Below are positions 36,225 through 37,231 of a stretch of DNA of 37,231 bases, one piece after another. Source of the stretch: Chloroflexota bacterium (GTDB taxonomy: Bacteria; Chloroflexota; Anaerolineae; B4-G1); assembly GCA_011046405.1 (NCBI GenBank), contig DSAR01000349.1:1-37231 (forward strand), written 5' to 3'. How positions within the stretch are numbered: the stretch's first letter is position 1; every line of letters starts with the position of its first letter. The notes below the pieces were generated by a model, which was not told where the DNA came from, ran no database searches, and saw nothing but the letters and a program-made list of their open reading frames with translations. The position numbers were made by a program, and so were the translations under genes.

Positions 36225-36920
36225 GTGGAATACAAAATCTTGCTCATTGAAGACGATGAAGCCCTATCGCGAATGATGCGCCTTCAGTTGGAACACGCTG
36301 GTTACGCGGTAACGGCTTGTCAAACAGGCACAAGCGGACTAGAGGCCGCTCGAAAGTCTGAGCCGGATTTAGTTCTACTGGACATCCTCCTGCCCGATAT
36401 GGACGGGTGGGACGTTTGCGAGCAATTAAAAAAAATAACGCCAGCCCCCATCATCTTCTCCACTGCCCTGGGTTCCGAGCGCGACGTCATCCGGGGCCTC
36501 GAACTGGGGGCTGACGATTATATGATCAAGCCCTTCAGTTACAAGGAGCTTCTCGCTCGCGTCAAGGCCGCCCTGCACCGGGCGAACCGCTCTGACCCCC
36601 CCACGACGGTGTATAAAAACGGCCCTCTCGTGGTAGATATGGAGCAACAACAGGTAACGGTCGCGGGGAAAAATGTCTTTCTAACACCAATGGAGTACAA
36701 AATGTTAGTCGCCTTGATCCAAAAGGCTGGAGATACCGTGTCTGACGAGGAACTGCTCCAACAGGTATGGGAAGACCAACACGAAGACCGTGGGCAATAT
36801 ATCAAGCTCTACATCTCGTACCTGCGCCAGAAAATCGAAGCCGATCCATCGAACCCCAGGATCATCCTGACAGAAGAAAACGTTGGATACCGTCTGGTCG
36901 ACTCACAAGACACACGATGA
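36225..36920 (+). CDS. OmpR/PhoB-family response regulator
   Basis: ILLIEDD, LLDILLPDMDG, GADDYMIKPF and a winged helix LTPMEY...LRQKIE.DPSNP. Confidence 0.93.
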   Translation: MEYKILLIEDDEALSRMMRLQLEHAGYAVTACQTGTSGLEAARKSEPDLVLLDILLPDMDGWDVCEQLKKITPAPIIFSTALGSERDVIRGLELGADDYMIKPFSYKELLARVKAALHRANRSDPPTTVYKNGPLVVDMEQQQVTVAGKNVFLTPMEYKMLVALIQKAGDTVSDEELLQQVWEDQHEDRGQYIKLYISYLRQKIEADPSNPRIILTEENVGYRLVDSQDTR

Positions 36921-37231
36921 TATCTTATCTTCCCGGATCACTGATACGTCGCGTATCAGAAATAATCGTGAGGTCGAATGCCTGGCGTTTCGACCTCACG
37001 TCAGCGCTGATTGGCGCAATCATCACGCTGCTCCTGCTTGGATTGGCCTATTACTTCCGGGATCAATTGCGCGCTGGCTGGCAATCGGCGAAAGCTCCAT
37101 TTCATCAAATCTCCCGCTACTTCCAGGCTGACGCGGCCGAGCGCTACCTCGAGCAGATCATCACCTACACCCAGTCCCTCTCGACACCGGCCTTTATCTC
37201 TCTGGAAACCACTTACATCGAGCCACAACTC
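36917..37231 (+). CDS. Partial CDS running off the right edge, with an N-terminal TM helix
   Basis: The frame is open from ATG 36917 (ATGA overlap; alternative start GTG 36968) to the window end: ...WRFDLTSALIGAIITLLLLGLAYYFRDQLR...ERYLEQI...SLETTYIEPQL. Confidence 0.65.
   Translation, partial: MISYLPGSLIRRVSEIIVRSNAWRFDLTSALIGAIITLLLLGLAYYFRDQLRAGWQSAKAPFHQISRYFQADAAERYLEQIITYTQSLSTPAFISLETTYIEPQL

Overview
Gene-dense, GC-rich bacterial chromosomal segment, most likely Chloroflexota (Anaerolineae-like). That assignment is inferred from the mevalonate kinase + isopentenyl-phosphate kinase pair, the LysM/L,D-transpeptidase and the multi-GAF kinase. In order, the window encodes mvk-ipk, secD-secF, xth, a Pro/Thr-rich membrane protein, an L,D-transpeptidase, a DUF3798-type ABC transporter followed by an MvhG/MvhA-like [NiFe]-hydrogenase pair, a PDZ-TM-4xGAF histidine kinase, nrdR-nrdJ, a stand-alone GAF protein, tgt, a TrmO-like/GyrI-like/AraC module, a DHH-CBS tRNA nucleotidyltransferase, two YtfJ/GerW-like proteins, lgt, a C4 zinc-ribbon protein, a response regulator and a truncated ORF at the right edge. 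No rRNA, tRNA, CRISPR array or transposase was seen. Four observations stand out. (1) SecD has a complete cyclophilin-type PPIase inserted in frame into its extracytoplasmic P1 domain. (2) An unannotated ~110-nt minus-strand sRNA candidate has its own consensus promoter, a terminator and an exposed anti-Shine-Dalgarno motif. (3) The hydrogenase large subunit lacks the C-terminal maturation extension and has no MvhD/Hdr partner nearby. (4) Several intergenic regions are built from nested miniature inverted-repeat elements, one with a perfect 8-bp target-site duplication inside the kinase 5' leader. All family assignments come from motif recognition by eye; no database searches were run.
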